The translations under genes and the position numbers were made by a program. This document shows, in pieces, positions 17,411 through 27,016 of a stretch of 64,000 nucleotides of DNA. Positions within the stretch are counted from its first letter, which is position 1; every line of letters begins with the position of its first letter. The stretch is from a virus, in the IMG/VR virus record IMGVR_UViG_3300027708_000022, positions 98,043 to 162,042 of that record; one strand, 5' to 3'. A model generated the notes under the pieces. The model made no database searches, was not told the origin of the DNA, and saw only the letters and a program-made list of their open reading frames with translations.

Positions 17411-19360
17411 TTATGTGTTTTTTGTTATACTGGAAGTTAACTCAGGCTCTGATTGAAACTTATCATCTCCACCTGGAGTAACCTTTTGTTCTTTTTTTTT
17501 AATTGCATCTTTTTTCTTTGCATCAGCCATGGCTTCACGAACAATCTGTAATTGACGAGATTCATATACGAGAGTTTCTAGTTTCTTTGGTGTTGCCTTC
17601 AACGACAATTGTGCAGGTGTTCCAATGTCAGCAGGCATATTAGCCGTAGTTTTAGAAACTTCTTCTTTAGCTAATTTTCTAGTTGCTTTGATAATACCAT
17701 TATATCTTTTTTCAAAATGGTCACCGTATTCTTTTGTTACTCCAGGTTTACCAGATTTAGCCTCAATACCAGCATTAATACCCTTTTTACTTAAATCTCT
17801 GGCTGCAGCAGGAATATAACTTTTTAAAGTATTCTTGCTCAATTCTTCGATTGGTTCTACTTCTTCTTTCATCTCGGAGTACATATAGTCAGCTGCGGTT
17901 TGAATGTAATCAGTAGCAAGAGTAATCTTAGACTGCACCCACTCTGGCATATCTGTATCAGGCTTCAATAATTCTTTAATCATATCAGCACAACGAGTTA
18001 GCGTTGCTAATTGATTCAAAGCCATATCGCCTTCATAGCCATACTCTTGCTCATCTTTGGATTCTTTGATGTGACCATACTTCTTTTTATACCATTCAGG
18101 CATTCCATTCTTTTGACGGAAATATCTAACGGTTGCAGAATCATTGGCTTGGTCACGATATTTGTTTTCTGCGGTTGTGTTATGACTCTTCATTGCTTCA
18201 GCAGCTGCATGAGCATCTTTAGCAATATGAATCAAGGCCTCATTAGATTTTTTATGATACTCATGGCCTTCAAGTGGGTGTCTTTGTGAAGGACGGCCTT
18301 CTTGAACGAATTCTTCTTTAACTGAAGATTTTTGTGGTGTGACTGAGTGGATGTTAATGTTCTTTTTACCACGCTTCTTCAAATCACTTTCTGCATAACG
18401 TCTTGCTGAATCTTTATCCGGTGCGTGTAGTGATAAATTACCAGAAGCAATACCATTTCCACTTGAGGAATCGTGACTATATCGAACACGATGTAAAGTT
18501 CCTTTAGCAGCTTCATCAACAAGTTCTGATTCTTCCGATACAGATTTCCAACCACCACCCATTTCTTTATATTTTTTTGATGCCCAACCATTAGCATAGG
18601 CAGATGGATATACATCAAATTTAGATTTTGCTTGAGCAATTGCTCTTGACCATAACTCAGGGTTAGTTGGTTTATTTTTTTCGTCTAATTGTTTCATATT
18701 TTCATTTACCTTACTTTTAACATTGATTGGTGCGCCTTGTCTTTCGGCATTTGGATCTTGTTGCCTTTTTCTTCTCACAGCAGATGCTCTTTCTTTTTTA
18801 CTTAAAGATGCTCTTTGTGCTTGTGACATACACTTAGGTTTAGGTTCACCAGGTTCTCTTGCACAAGGACCAATTGCTTCACCCTTACTATTAATTCTTT
18901 TCCAATCGCCTTTTGGATCGGTCTTACTAAACCATTTTCGTAAATCTTCTTTGAGTTCTGCTCTTCTCTCAGCATTAGATTTACGATTTGGGCTATCTGG
19001 ATTCTTATAAGGAGTTTTTCTCATTCCTTCTTTGTCGTAATCACCTGATTTCTGTTTTGCGATTGCAGTAGCAGCAGCAATTGCAGCCGCAGCAGATTCA
19101 TTCACAGCACCGTGAATTTTACACATACCACAATCTGGACAAGTCATTTCCATAACCTCATGACTCTCGTTGTGTTTATTTTTGCCAGCACAATGAGCTT
19201 TTTGACTGAATCCTTTAGGATGTGAACAGTTAATTGAACTCTTATATTTCTGACTCCAACTTTCTTTCATGCAAGAGCCAGGAGAGAATGCTTTTTTGCC
19301 TGGCTTTGGTTTATAACCAGGCCAGCATCTTCCCTCTAAGAACTCAGACCACTTTTTCAT
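17411..19360 (-). CDS. modular putative internal head (poly)protein
   Basis: MKKWSEFLE start; basic modules separated by [LVIM]xE linkers. Confidence 0.7.
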   Translation of the reverse strand: MKKWSEFLEGRCWPGYKPKPGKKAFSPGSCMKESWSQKYKSSINCSHPKGFSQKAHCAGKNKHNESHEVMEMTCPDCGMCKIHGAVNESAAAAIAAATAIAKQKSGDYDKEGMRKTPYKNPDSPNRKSNAERRAELKEDLRKWFSKTDPKGDWKRINSKGEAIGPCAREPGEPKPKCMSQAQRASLSKKERASAVRRKRQQDPNAERQGAPINVKSKVNENMKQLDEKNKPTNPELWSRAIAQAKSKFDVYPSAYANGWASKKYKEMGGGWKSVSEESELVDEAAKGTLHRVRYSHDSSSGNGIASGNLSLHAPDKDSARRYAESDLKKRGKKNINIHSVTPQKSSVKEEFVQEGRPSQRHPLEGHEYHKKSNEALIHIAKDAHAAAEAMKSHNTTAENKYRDQANDSATVRYFRQKNGMPEWYKKKYGHIKESKDEQEYGYEGDMALNQLATLTRCADMIKELLKPDTDMPEWVQSKITLATDYIQTAADYMYSEMKEEVEPIEELSKNTLKSYIPAAARDLSKKGINAGIEAKSGKPGVTKEYGDHFEKRYNGIIKATRKLAKEEVSKTTANMPADIGTPAQLSLKATPKKLETLVYESRQLQIVREAMADAKKKDAIKKKEQKVTPGGDDKFQSEPELTSSITKNT

Positions 19361-20814
19361 TACTCGCCTTTAGCCTGTTTGGTTGCTGTTGCATACATCA
19401 CAGACTTAGCATCTTTACCGTAACGATCTTTGAAACCAGATAATCCTTTTTTCATTGATTTAACAATTTCTTCTTTCTTATCCGTTTCTGCATCAGTCAA
19501 CTTACGTTCTGTTAAATCAATCTCAGCATACTTAACACCATTCACATCATTGTAGTCAATGAATTCTACGGTTGTGTGAGTTTGTTCTTCAACTTGTTCA
19601 ACACCTTCTTTAGCTAATCTATCAACTGCTTTTTTAACTCCAGCATCTCTATTTTTGAGAGTTACTGATGCCTTTTGGTATGCTTTTTTACCTTCAGCAC
19701 CATCTGGTATGTCATTTGCTTTACGTGCTATCGAATCATACGACTTAAATGCTTTTTTGGCATATGATCCTAGTGTTTTCTTTGACAATTCATCCAACTG
19801 CTCATACTCTTCAGTCTGCATAAATTCTTCAAGTTCTTCTGGTGTGAAATCTTCCAAAGTTAACTCAATTTCTTCATTCTGAACAGCCTGAACAGCAGCC
19901 TTTGCAACTTCTGGTTGCTTCTTTGTACCAGCAGCACGTTGCTTTGCATCATCCAATTGAGCATCAAACTCAGCACTTGTTGGTTCTTCTGCTAATACTC
20001 TAAAAAGACCCTTAACACCACCTTCTGTGTAAGATTCAATCATCTCTGAGAATTTACGGCGGTGTACAACACCCTTACCTGTTTTCTCCATTTCACCTTG
20101 AGTAGTTTTCTTCTTCTCGCCTTTCTTCATATCTTGTGGTGCCTTACCATATTTCTTTTCGTATTCTGGAGTACCTGGAAACATTTCTTCAATTTCTTCT
20201 ACTTCTTCTTTTCTCATTGAAGCCATAGCTCTTTGCGCTAATGATTTAGCACGATCCATTTCTTTACCTTTTTGTACAGGCTTCTTGAAATTGCTTGGGT
20301 CATAATGTGATTTAGGTTTACCATATTCTTTATGGAAATCATTATGACTTAAATCTTTTAAGTCAGCATCTAATTGTGCCATTTTACTTTCATCTAAATC
20401 AACTTCTTCTGGTAATTTACCTTTTGGGCCATGTGTACCTAAAGCCGCTTTGATAGCTGGCTTAAGTTGCTTTGCTCTATCTTCACGGCGTTTTTTGGCA
20501 TAAGCATCAGTTTCTTTACTATTACCTGGAGTATTCATTGCTGGAATATTTTCTAGATTGGTTTGACCCGACCGAGGAAACTTATGAGGCAAGTTCATAC
20601 CTGTGCGGGCAAGCAAGGTATCAGCTTCTTCAACACTTTCAACTTCTTCTTTCTTCATTGAGCGAAGCTTCTTAAAGTCCTGAGCAGTCAATTCATCTTT
20701 TTCTGGTTCATGTACATCTAGTTTTTGTTGATTTGCGGTTAATGCTTTCTCACCCATCATAATGCGAGCAGCAGCTTCAGCAACACTTCTCAGTTTTTTA
20801 TTTTCGAATTCCAT
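19360..20814 (-). CDS. modular putative internal head/core protein
   Basis: K/E-rich, many VEE/LDE/IEE linkers; shares ELSKxTLxSY module with 17411..19360. Confidence 0.7.
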   Translation of the reverse strand: MEFENKKLRSVAEAAARIMMGEKALTANQQKLDVHEPEKDELTAQDFKKLRSMKKEEVESVEEADTLLARTGMNLPHKFPRSGQTNLENIPAMNTPGNSKETDAYAKKRREDRAKQLKPAIKAALGTHGPKGKLPEEVDLDESKMAQLDADLKDLSHNDFHKEYGKPKSHYDPSNFKKPVQKGKEMDRAKSLAQRAMASMRKEEVEEIEEMFPGTPEYEKKYGKAPQDMKKGEKKKTTQGEMEKTGKGVVHRRKFSEMIESYTEGGVKGLFRVLAEEPTSAEFDAQLDDAKQRAAGTKKQPEVAKAAVQAVQNEEIELTLEDFTPEELEEFMQTEEYEQLDELSKKTLGSYAKKAFKSYDSIARKANDIPDGAEGKKAYQKASVTLKNRDAGVKKAVDRLAKEGVEQVEEQTHTTVEFIDYNDVNGVKYAEIDLTERKLTDAETDKKEEIVKSMKKGLSGFKDRYGKDAKSVMYATATKQAKGE

Positions 20815-20830
20815 GTTTTTTCCTTTTGAA

Positions 20831-21136
20831 TTAACAATTCCATTTTCTTAGTGCTTTATTAATACGGCTATCAGGATCTCTGGCGGTTTCAGCAGATGTG
20901 AGTTTTGATTTCATGCCACCCATTCTGGCACAAAATGATTTGCGGCGATTTGCTGATTTAGAACCTGGTTTCAACTTAGAAGGTTTAGTAGTAACTGCCA
21001 TTGAAAGTTTTGAACCTGGATTATCACGGCGATATGATTCAATACCTTTACGATTCAAACCACCTGCCTCTGATTTACCTTCTTTGCGAGTCCATGCAGG
21101 AGAGGCCTCAGCAATAAAATCTCTTAGTCTTTTCAT
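20831..21136 (-). CDS. basic putative internal protein (DUF6321-like)
   Basis: MKRLRDFIAE start; GGLN.KG...NPGSKL...RRKSFCARM...W.C. Confidence 0.75.
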   Translation of the reverse strand: MKRLRDFIAEASPAWTRKEGKSEAGGLNRKGIESYRRDNPGSKLSMAVTTKPSKLKPGSKSANRRKSFCARMGGMKSKLTSAETARDPDSRINKALRKWNC

Positions 21137-23271
21137 GCTGCGTAATTCCTTTTACGGAAAGAAGTTAGGTTGATACCAACTTTCTTTAGTTCATCTTCTT
21201 TTTGGTCACCAATAGATGCCGTAGTTTCATCACCTTGTATTTCTTTAAATGGTTTCAGTTTGCCATTCTTGTCATAATTATCACCACCACCACGACCAAG
21301 ACTTTCTCCAGATTGTGCCATCGAAAGTCCTGGTTCAATACTCATATCTATAGCTTCGGTAATGGCTTTTTCTTTTTTGGCCCGGATTTGTGCGAGGGTG
21401 ATTTTGGTTTTGGACTTGGAGATTTCTTCGGTGATGGTTTCGCTTGAACCACTGGCTCTTCCACCGGTACTATTGGTATGACGTATACTGGCGCCGACAC
21501 TTCCAAAACGGTCGGTGATTGAACTTCTTTCTTCTTGAATAGACTCATTAGTTTCTTTAGCATTTGGATTTCCTTTGATTTTGATAACATAAACTTTACC
21601 CATTGGATAAACAACACCATCATGTGTATGGGCTTCTTTAGCAGCAGAACGGCGTAAAATGAATGTTCTTACTTTACCGGTTTTATCTTTCAATAGCTGA
21701 CTATAATTTGAGTTAGAATATTCATTTATTTCTTCAAATGATTCATTAAAGAAACTTTCAAATTCTTCGTTAACTTTCTTAGTCACAGGTGCTTGCACTG
21801 GTTGTAGTTTATCATGTACTGAACGGTGTGTAACTTTATTGTCTTTACCGTAGCGACCAAAACCATAATAGTCCAAACCTAGTTTACGAGCTTCTTCTGC
21901 GGCCTTTGAATCTGGATGTGGTGAGGTCTTTGCGTCTTTCTTTGATACGGTAAGACTGTCTTTCTTTTGCAATTCAGCAGAAACCCACTCTCTAGCCTGT
22001 TTGCTTTTTGGTGGTGTACTTACAAACTTTTGTATTTGTTTGTAAAGGTCCAGCATTTCTTTCTTTTTAGCCTTAACAATATCAGGGTGTGCTGAGCGCA
22101 AATCTTCTGAATTATCAAACTCAGTATAATTTTCACCAAATATTTTTGCTAAATCTGGTCTTGCATTTTGCACAGACTGCCATTTCTCTCTTCTAAGGTT
22201 CTCTGGTACTGTACGACCACCACGTTGTCCACGTTCAACATTACGCATGGATGATACATCATCTTTAGTATTAATTAAAACCATTGAAGTATCATAACCT
22301 AATTCTTCTAGGCGACCTTTGATTTTCTTAATTTTCTCTGGATCATCACCAGTACCATTGATGATAACACCATTACGACCATGCAAAGCAAGACGCTCTC
22401 TCAATTCGGTTATACTCTTTGCTCTACCACGAGTAATATCACGTTCAGTTTTTTCAGAATCAGGCATGGTTTTATTCAGACCCTGCTTGTCCATAAGATA
22501 TTCAAGTGCTTTATCTGAATTGATTTCTGTTAGACCATGACCTGAAAGTGTGTTATCAAGAATATAATCTTTACCTGAACCTGGACCACCCGCTAAGAAT
22601 ACAGCCTTAAAGATGGCCTTATCATGTACACCTTCAACCAACAATTCTTCAAATGATGCATCAACATCTTCTTTAACACCCATGTGGTGACGTACATCAT
22701 TGTACAATTCTTTTGCATGGTGTTCTGGTACATGACTAGGAACACCCTTCTTGAATTCATTGAAGTTACCACTAGAAGCGTGTGCTCGCATTTTCGAAGC
22801 AGACATACCTTCTGCACCTTCGGCATCAGGGTCTCTCTCACCTGCGGAGTGTACTTTTATGTGTTTAAAATTAAACAATGCACCTTCGTGGGTGCCATTG
22901 TATTTGTGTAACAACTTGTGATATTCTCCAGTGCGGTCTGAACCAGCAACCATGTGTAGGTGTGTCACACCTTGTTTGTGGAGTTTTGCAGCTTGTGTTA
23001 GGAAGTTTGGATGTTCTTTGTTCGATACTGTAATATTAGTTTTCGGAAAGAATCTTTTGGCGTGTTTGAATTTTGTTTCTGATGATAGAGGATTCTTCGT
23101 CTTATCCTGCGAATGCGATAAGACTACATGATGTGAAGCATTATGCTCTTTGGCAATTTCTTTTACTTTATCAACCAGTTTACCGTGACCGATTGTTGGA
23201 GGATTCATACGACCAAAGGCCAATACAGCGTGATTGTCCTTTGATTCTCTAATAAATTCTTTAAACTTCAT
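21133..23271 (-). CDS. cytidylyltransferase-family nucleotidyltransferase fused to zeta-toxin-like P-loop kinase
   Basis: FGRMNPPTIGH, VAGSDR, MSASKMR; second domain FLAGGPGSGK, INSD, RN..RG..GGRTVP. Confidence 0.85.
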   Translation of the reverse strand: MKFKEFIRESKDNHAVLAFGRMNPPTIGHGKLVDKVKEIAKEHNASHHVVLSHSQDKTKNPLSSETKFKHAKRFFPKTNITVSNKEHPNFLTQAAKLHKQGVTHLHMVAGSDRTGEYHKLLHKYNGTHEGALFNFKHIKVHSAGERDPDAEGAEGMSASKMRAHASSGNFNEFKKGVPSHVPEHHAKELYNDVRHHMGVKEDVDASFEELLVEGVHDKAIFKAVFLAGGPGSGKDYILDNTLSGHGLTEINSDKALEYLMDKQGLNKTMPDSEKTERDITRGRAKSITELRERLALHGRNGVIINGTGDDPEKIKKIKGRLEELGYDTSMVLINTKDDVSSMRNVERGQRGGRTVPENLRREKWQSVQNARPDLAKIFGENYTEFDNSEDLRSAHPDIVKAKKKEMLDLYKQIQKFVSTPPKSKQAREWVSAELQKKDSLTVSKKDAKTSPHPDSKAAEEARKLGLDYYGFGRYGKDNKVTHRSVHDKLQPVQAPVTKKVNEEFESFFNESFEEINEYSNSNYSQLLKDKTGKVRTFILRRSAAKEAHTHDGVVYPMGKVYVIKIKGNPNAKETNESIQEERSSITDRFGSVGASIRHTNSTGGRASGSSETITEEISKSKTKITLAQIRAKKEKAITEAIDMSIEPGLSMAQSGESLGRGGGDNYDKNGKLKPFKEIQGDETTASIGDQKEDELKKVGINLTSFRKRNYAA
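21348..21563 (-). CDS. candidate overprinted Lys/Pro-rich protein (71 aa) nested in an alternative frame
   Basis: AAAGGA 7 nt before ATG; MLKKLMSLFKKKEV...PKKKKPLPKL. Confidence 0.45.
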   Translation of the reverse strand: MLKKLMSLFKKKEVQSPTVLEVSAPVYVIPIVPVEEPVVQAKPSPKKSPSPKPKSPSHKSGPKKKKPLPKL

Positions 23272-23305
23272 TTTATCCGCCTCTATAGCGTTATTGTTTA
23301 TGATC

Positions 23306-23313
23306 TATTTATA
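23306..23313 (-). promoter_or_regulatory. T4-type late promoter
   Basis: TATAAATA just upstream of the ORF starting at 23271. Confidence 0.75.
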
Positions 23314-23318
23314 CAATT

Positions 23319-24098
23319 TTAAATTCTATAAACCTCAGCAGAAGTCTTAGAATTAGACCTTTTTTTAATCAAATCCAAAACAACCGGGTCATTCATTTGG
23401 TCACCATAAGGTGCAAAGAATGCTCTATCGTGCTGTTCTGAATTGACTCTAGGCTCACATAGGTAGTATATCGCCAGACTCTTACGATACACATTTTTTG
23501 GACAATCAATAGCCTCTGGCAATCCATGCCATGAGTTTTGTGTGGTATCAAACAACACAGCACGATTGAATTTATTATGGACTTTGGTTACACATTCTTT
23601 TGGCAAATTGGTATCAGGGTCATGTGACCAAAATTCAAGTCCACCACCCCATTCTTCTTTCCAATTCGGTGTCAAGTAAATAATAACATTGATTCTTCTT
23701 TCCATTCCTAATTTAGGATGTATAGAATAATCCTTGTGCATATTCAATTTACCACCACGTTGATGCATATGCCAACCACCACCATGCATACCATAATCAG
23801 CCACCAGATCATTAATACCCGTAAGTAACCTAATCTTGTGTACATATTCTGGTGTGTTCATTAAAGAAAATGCCTGATATGTGGTCTTTGGAAACAAATC
23901 CCAATTTGGTGTCAGTTTCTTATCTTCAATAGCATTCTTATACACAGACCAAATTTTTGGGTCATTGTAATCTGGAAATTCATCAGATAACTTTAGTGCT
24001 GTTTCTTCATCAAAGAAATTGTCAATTATCACATAATTAAATGGTTTAGCAGTTTTAAATTCATTGTGAAATTTTAAGTAATCAAAGTAATTAATCAT
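23319..24098 (-). CDS. 2OG-Fe(II) oxygenase (prolyl-hydroxylase-like)
   Basis: GGGWH...LNMHKD...IYL...WGGGLE...FNRAVLF..SWHG...RKSLA.YY. Confidence 0.88.
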   Translation of the reverse strand: MINYFDYLKFHNEFKTAKPFNYVIIDNFFDEETALKLSDEFPDYNDPKIWSVYKNAIEDKKLTPNWDLFPKTTYQAFSLMNTPEYVHKIRLLTGINDLVADYGMHGGGWHMHQRGGKLNMHKDYSIHPKLGMERRINVIIYLTPNWKEEWGGGLEFWSHDPDTNLPKECVTKVHNKFNRAVLFDTTQNSWHGLPEAIDCPKNVYRKSLAIYYLCEPRVNSEQHDRAFFAPYGDQMNDPVVLDLIKKRSNSKTSAEVYRI

Positions 24099-24745
24099 AA
24101 AGGGTATTTTTTGACAGTTATATTTTTATGTAATATGTTATGTAAGGAGAATAACCTTTCTACCACAAATGGAAAGTTTGGCACAAAATGGCCATTATAT
24201 TCTTTACCTTTCACATATATGTATTCGTTCAGAACCGGATCTTCTGCACATATCTTTAAACATTTATCAATAAAATTCATATAATTTGTCCAAAATTTAG
24301 AATTACCTACAAAATAATTACAAGTTGCAAACTCTTCGGCTGTGTACCTGTATTCTCCTACTCTAGTTTCAATACCAAGTTTTGGAAATAATCTGTTACA
24401 GAAATCTATCATTCCAGGACACCACACATCTCCTTGTGTCCAAATATTTGCATATTGATGTGGTAACTCTGGAAATGGGTCAATGTGATATACATCAAAT
24501 CCAGGATTCTCTAGCATCCAATTCTTAAACACCTGTGCAGGTACTCTTGTTTTGTCAAACCATAACCAAGACATAAGACCCCAATAAGCATCAGAGTCTT
24601 TGTGTTTCTCCAATAGTTTTTGCCACATTGGATATTCTCTCAAATGTGGCTGTGCGTTGATTGTATTGTCGTATGTTATGAATGCAGGATCTAAATGTGG
24701 TATTTGTTCCTGTCTATAGTATGCCTGATATATCTCTAGTTTCAT
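24095..24745 (-). CDS. glycosyltransferase-like hypothetical protein
   Basis: IYQ.YY, LRE, CNYFVG, F..ERLF; glycan-cluster context. Confidence 0.55.
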   Translation of the reverse strand: MKLEIYQAYYRQEQIPHLDPAFITYDNTINAQPHLREYPMWQKLLEKHKDSDAYWGLMSWLWFDKTRVPAQVFKNWMLENPGFDVYHIDPFPELPHQYANIWTQGDVWCPGMIDFCNRLFPKLGIETRVGEYRYTAEEFATCNYFVGNSKFWTNYMNFIDKCLKICAEDPVLNEYIYVKGKEYNGHFVPNFPFVVERLFSLHNILHKNITVKKYPL

Positions 24746-25563
24746 TTTACCATATCTTCAACTATTTGTCTGATATCATACTTAGGAATGTAACCTAATG
24801 ACTTTAACTTATCGTTTTTCATCCACATTGACTTGACCTGCACCTTCTGATGGAACATAGGGATTTCGATTGGAACTAACTTCCCATCACCACCGATCAG
24901 GTCTTTTGCATACCCAATAATATCTTTGAAAAAGATTCTCTTGCCGTTGCCTATATTGTAGATAGTATCAGTCTCACCCATTTCAATTACCAAATTGATA
25001 GCAGCTGCAACATCTTCCACATGGATGTAATCACGATAAAGGTTACCGCCATCATATACATTCACATCACGACCAGCTTTCAATTCATTAATCATATGTT
25101 GTAGGGCATTCTTCTGTGGTGATGCCTTCTTGTCTCCTTGACCCGCTACATTAGCTAATCTAAGAATTCTATATTTAATATTGAATGTTTCACAATAAGA
25201 AATTAATAATTGTTCAGCACACCGTTTGGTGATAGAATAGAAACCTGTTGGGTTACAGTATGATGTTTCTTTTGCAGGCATCTCAGTATCACCATAGACA
25301 AACCATGAGCTGATGAAGTTGAAGATAATACCTGTATCTTTACATTGCTCAAGTACCCTTATCATAGTAGTTAGATTTGTATCAATATCAACATAAGGGT
25401 CAACCTTAACATTATAATTGGTTACAGTTGAAATGAAATACACAATTTCAGTTGCATCTAAGGACACTCTGTAATCGTTTCGGCCATTTACAATCATATC
25501 ATGTTTTGTTTTAACATACTCAGACCCAACAAACCCTTTACCACCAAATACTTGTATTGTCAT
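24742..25563 (-). CDS. NAD-dependent sugar epimerase/reductase (extended SDR)
   Basis: GGKGFVG, SSWFVYG, YSITK, RDYIHVED. Confidence 0.88.
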   Translation of the reverse strand: MTIQVFGGKGFVGSEYVKTKHDMIVNGRNDYRVSLDATEIVYFISTVTNYNVKVDPYVDIDTNLTTMIRVLEQCKDTGIIFNFISSWFVYGDTEMPAKETSYCNPTGFYSITKRCAEQLLISYCETFNIKYRILRLANVAGQGDKKASPQKNALQHMINELKAGRDVNVYDGGNLYRDYIHVEDVAAAINLVIEMGETDTIYNIGNGKRIFFKDIIGYAKDLIGGDGKLVPIEIPMFHQKVQVKSMWMKNDKLKSLGYIPKYDIRQIVEDMVK

Positions 25564-25745
25564 AATGCAGCTTTTAATTTTTCAATTTCTGAACTTGACA
25601 TATAAATTTTATTAGTATAAGTTTGAACCTTATCGTCCTTTTTCACCTCACGGCGAAATACCAATTCATATGTATCTGGTATATTAGTTAATTTGTTTTT
25701 TTCCAAAATTAACTTATAATCATTTCTTTCTATAATTACGGACAT
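25560..25745 (-). CDS. hypothetical protein
   Basis: 61-aa ORF overlapping both neighbours. Confidence 0.55.
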   Translation of the reverse strand: MSVIIERNDYKLILEKNKLTNIPDTYELVFRREVKKDDKVQTYTNKIYMSSSEIEKLKAAL

Positions 25746-27016
25746 TTTTTTAATACCTCTTCGATATATTCAAAAACTTTATCATTCCAAAATGGTGGGC
25801 ATCCTAAGATAAACACATGAGACAATGCTTTGTTTGCTAGTGGATACTTATTGTAATCATCTAAATGTTTAAAACCTGGATGTAACAGAATATTACCAGC
25901 AAAATAATTGCGTGTTTGGATCTTATTAGCTTCTAAGTATGCAACTAATTTCTCTTTTTCTTGTTGTGTCTCACAAATGATTGGCACACCAAACCAAGAC
26001 GGATCAGATTGAGGTAAAGTATCTGCAATTCGAACATTCAAATATTTTTCTAACAATAGGGACAATCGAGCTTTATGTTCACGGCGTTTTGTATCAATAA
26101 AGTCCACTTTCTCCAACTGAGCAATACCAATTGCTCCTTGCATATCGAGTGGCTTTAGATTGTATCCTGCATGGGAGAAAATATACTTGTGGTCAATGAT
26201 ACCATCATATGTATCTAACCAACGGTCAAATCTATTACCACAAGTACCGCATGGCAATTGGTTATTTGAACCAACACAATAGCAATCTCTACCCCACCAG
26301 CTTAGTGAGCGCACAATGTCAATAAATTCTGGTGTATTGGATGAAACCATGCCACCCTCACCAGTTGAAATGTGGTGTGCAGGATAGAATGATGTTGACC
26401 AACAGAAGTACATATCGGTAAGAAGTTTACCATTCCATTTTGTACCCAATGAGTCACAGTTATCACCAACTAGAATCAAATTATGTCGTTCACATAATTC
26501 TCTAATAAAATCCATGTCAGGTGGATTAGCAAGAACAGGTGATACAACAATAGCCTTTGTTCTAGGTGTAATCTTTGCTTCAATTAGATTAACATCAAAG
26601 TTTAGTGTATCAAACTCAATATCAACGAATACAGGTTTAAGATTGTTCTGCATCAATGGTGCAATCGTTGTTGGGAAACCAACTGGTGATACAATCACCT
26701 CATCATTATCTTGCCATTTGAAATGCTTCTTCAATGCACCAATCATCACCAAGTTGGCTGAACTACCTGAGTTGACCATGTGTGATTGTTTTACATTATA
26801 TTTCTTTGAGAATCTAATTTGAAATTTCTCAACATTCTCGCCAGCAGAAATCCATTTGCCAGTTAGGAACGCCTTGAGAGATAACTCCATCTCCCTTTCG
26901 TCCCACAATTGACCTGAGTACATGACATAATCTTCACCGGGTTTGAAGTTGTCATAGTTCTGTAGGTACTTTGGTTTAGCCAGTTTTGCTAATTCTTTAA
27001 TTTTCTCGTCAATCAT
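25736..27016 (-). CDS. rfbH: NDP-4-keto-6-deoxyglucose 3-dehydrase (RfbH/DdhC-type, DegT family)
   Basis: VNSGSSANL; SFYPAHHISTGEGG (His at the usual Lys position); GRDCYC...CG.RF Cys cluster. Confidence 0.85.
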   Translation of the reverse strand: MIDEKIKELAKLAKPKYLQNYDNFKPGEDYVMYSGQLWDEREMELSLKAFLTGKWISAGENVEKFQIRFSKKYNVKQSHMVNSGSSANLVMIGALKKHFKWQDNDEVIVSPVGFPTTIAPLMQNNLKPVFVDIEFDTLNFDVNLIEAKITPRTKAIVVSPVLANPPDMDFIRELCERHNLILVGDNCDSLGTKWNGKLLTDMYFCWSTSFYPAHHISTGEGGMVSSNTPEFIDIVRSLSWWGRDCYCVGSNNQLPCGTCGNRFDRWLDTYDGIIDHKYIFSHAGYNLKPLDMQGAIGIAQLEKVDFIDTKRREHKARLSLLLEKYLNVRIADTLPQSDPSWFGVPIICETQQEKEKLVAYLEANKIQTRNYFAGNILLHPGFKHLDDYNKYPLANKALSHVFILGCPPFWNDKVFEYIEEVLKKCP

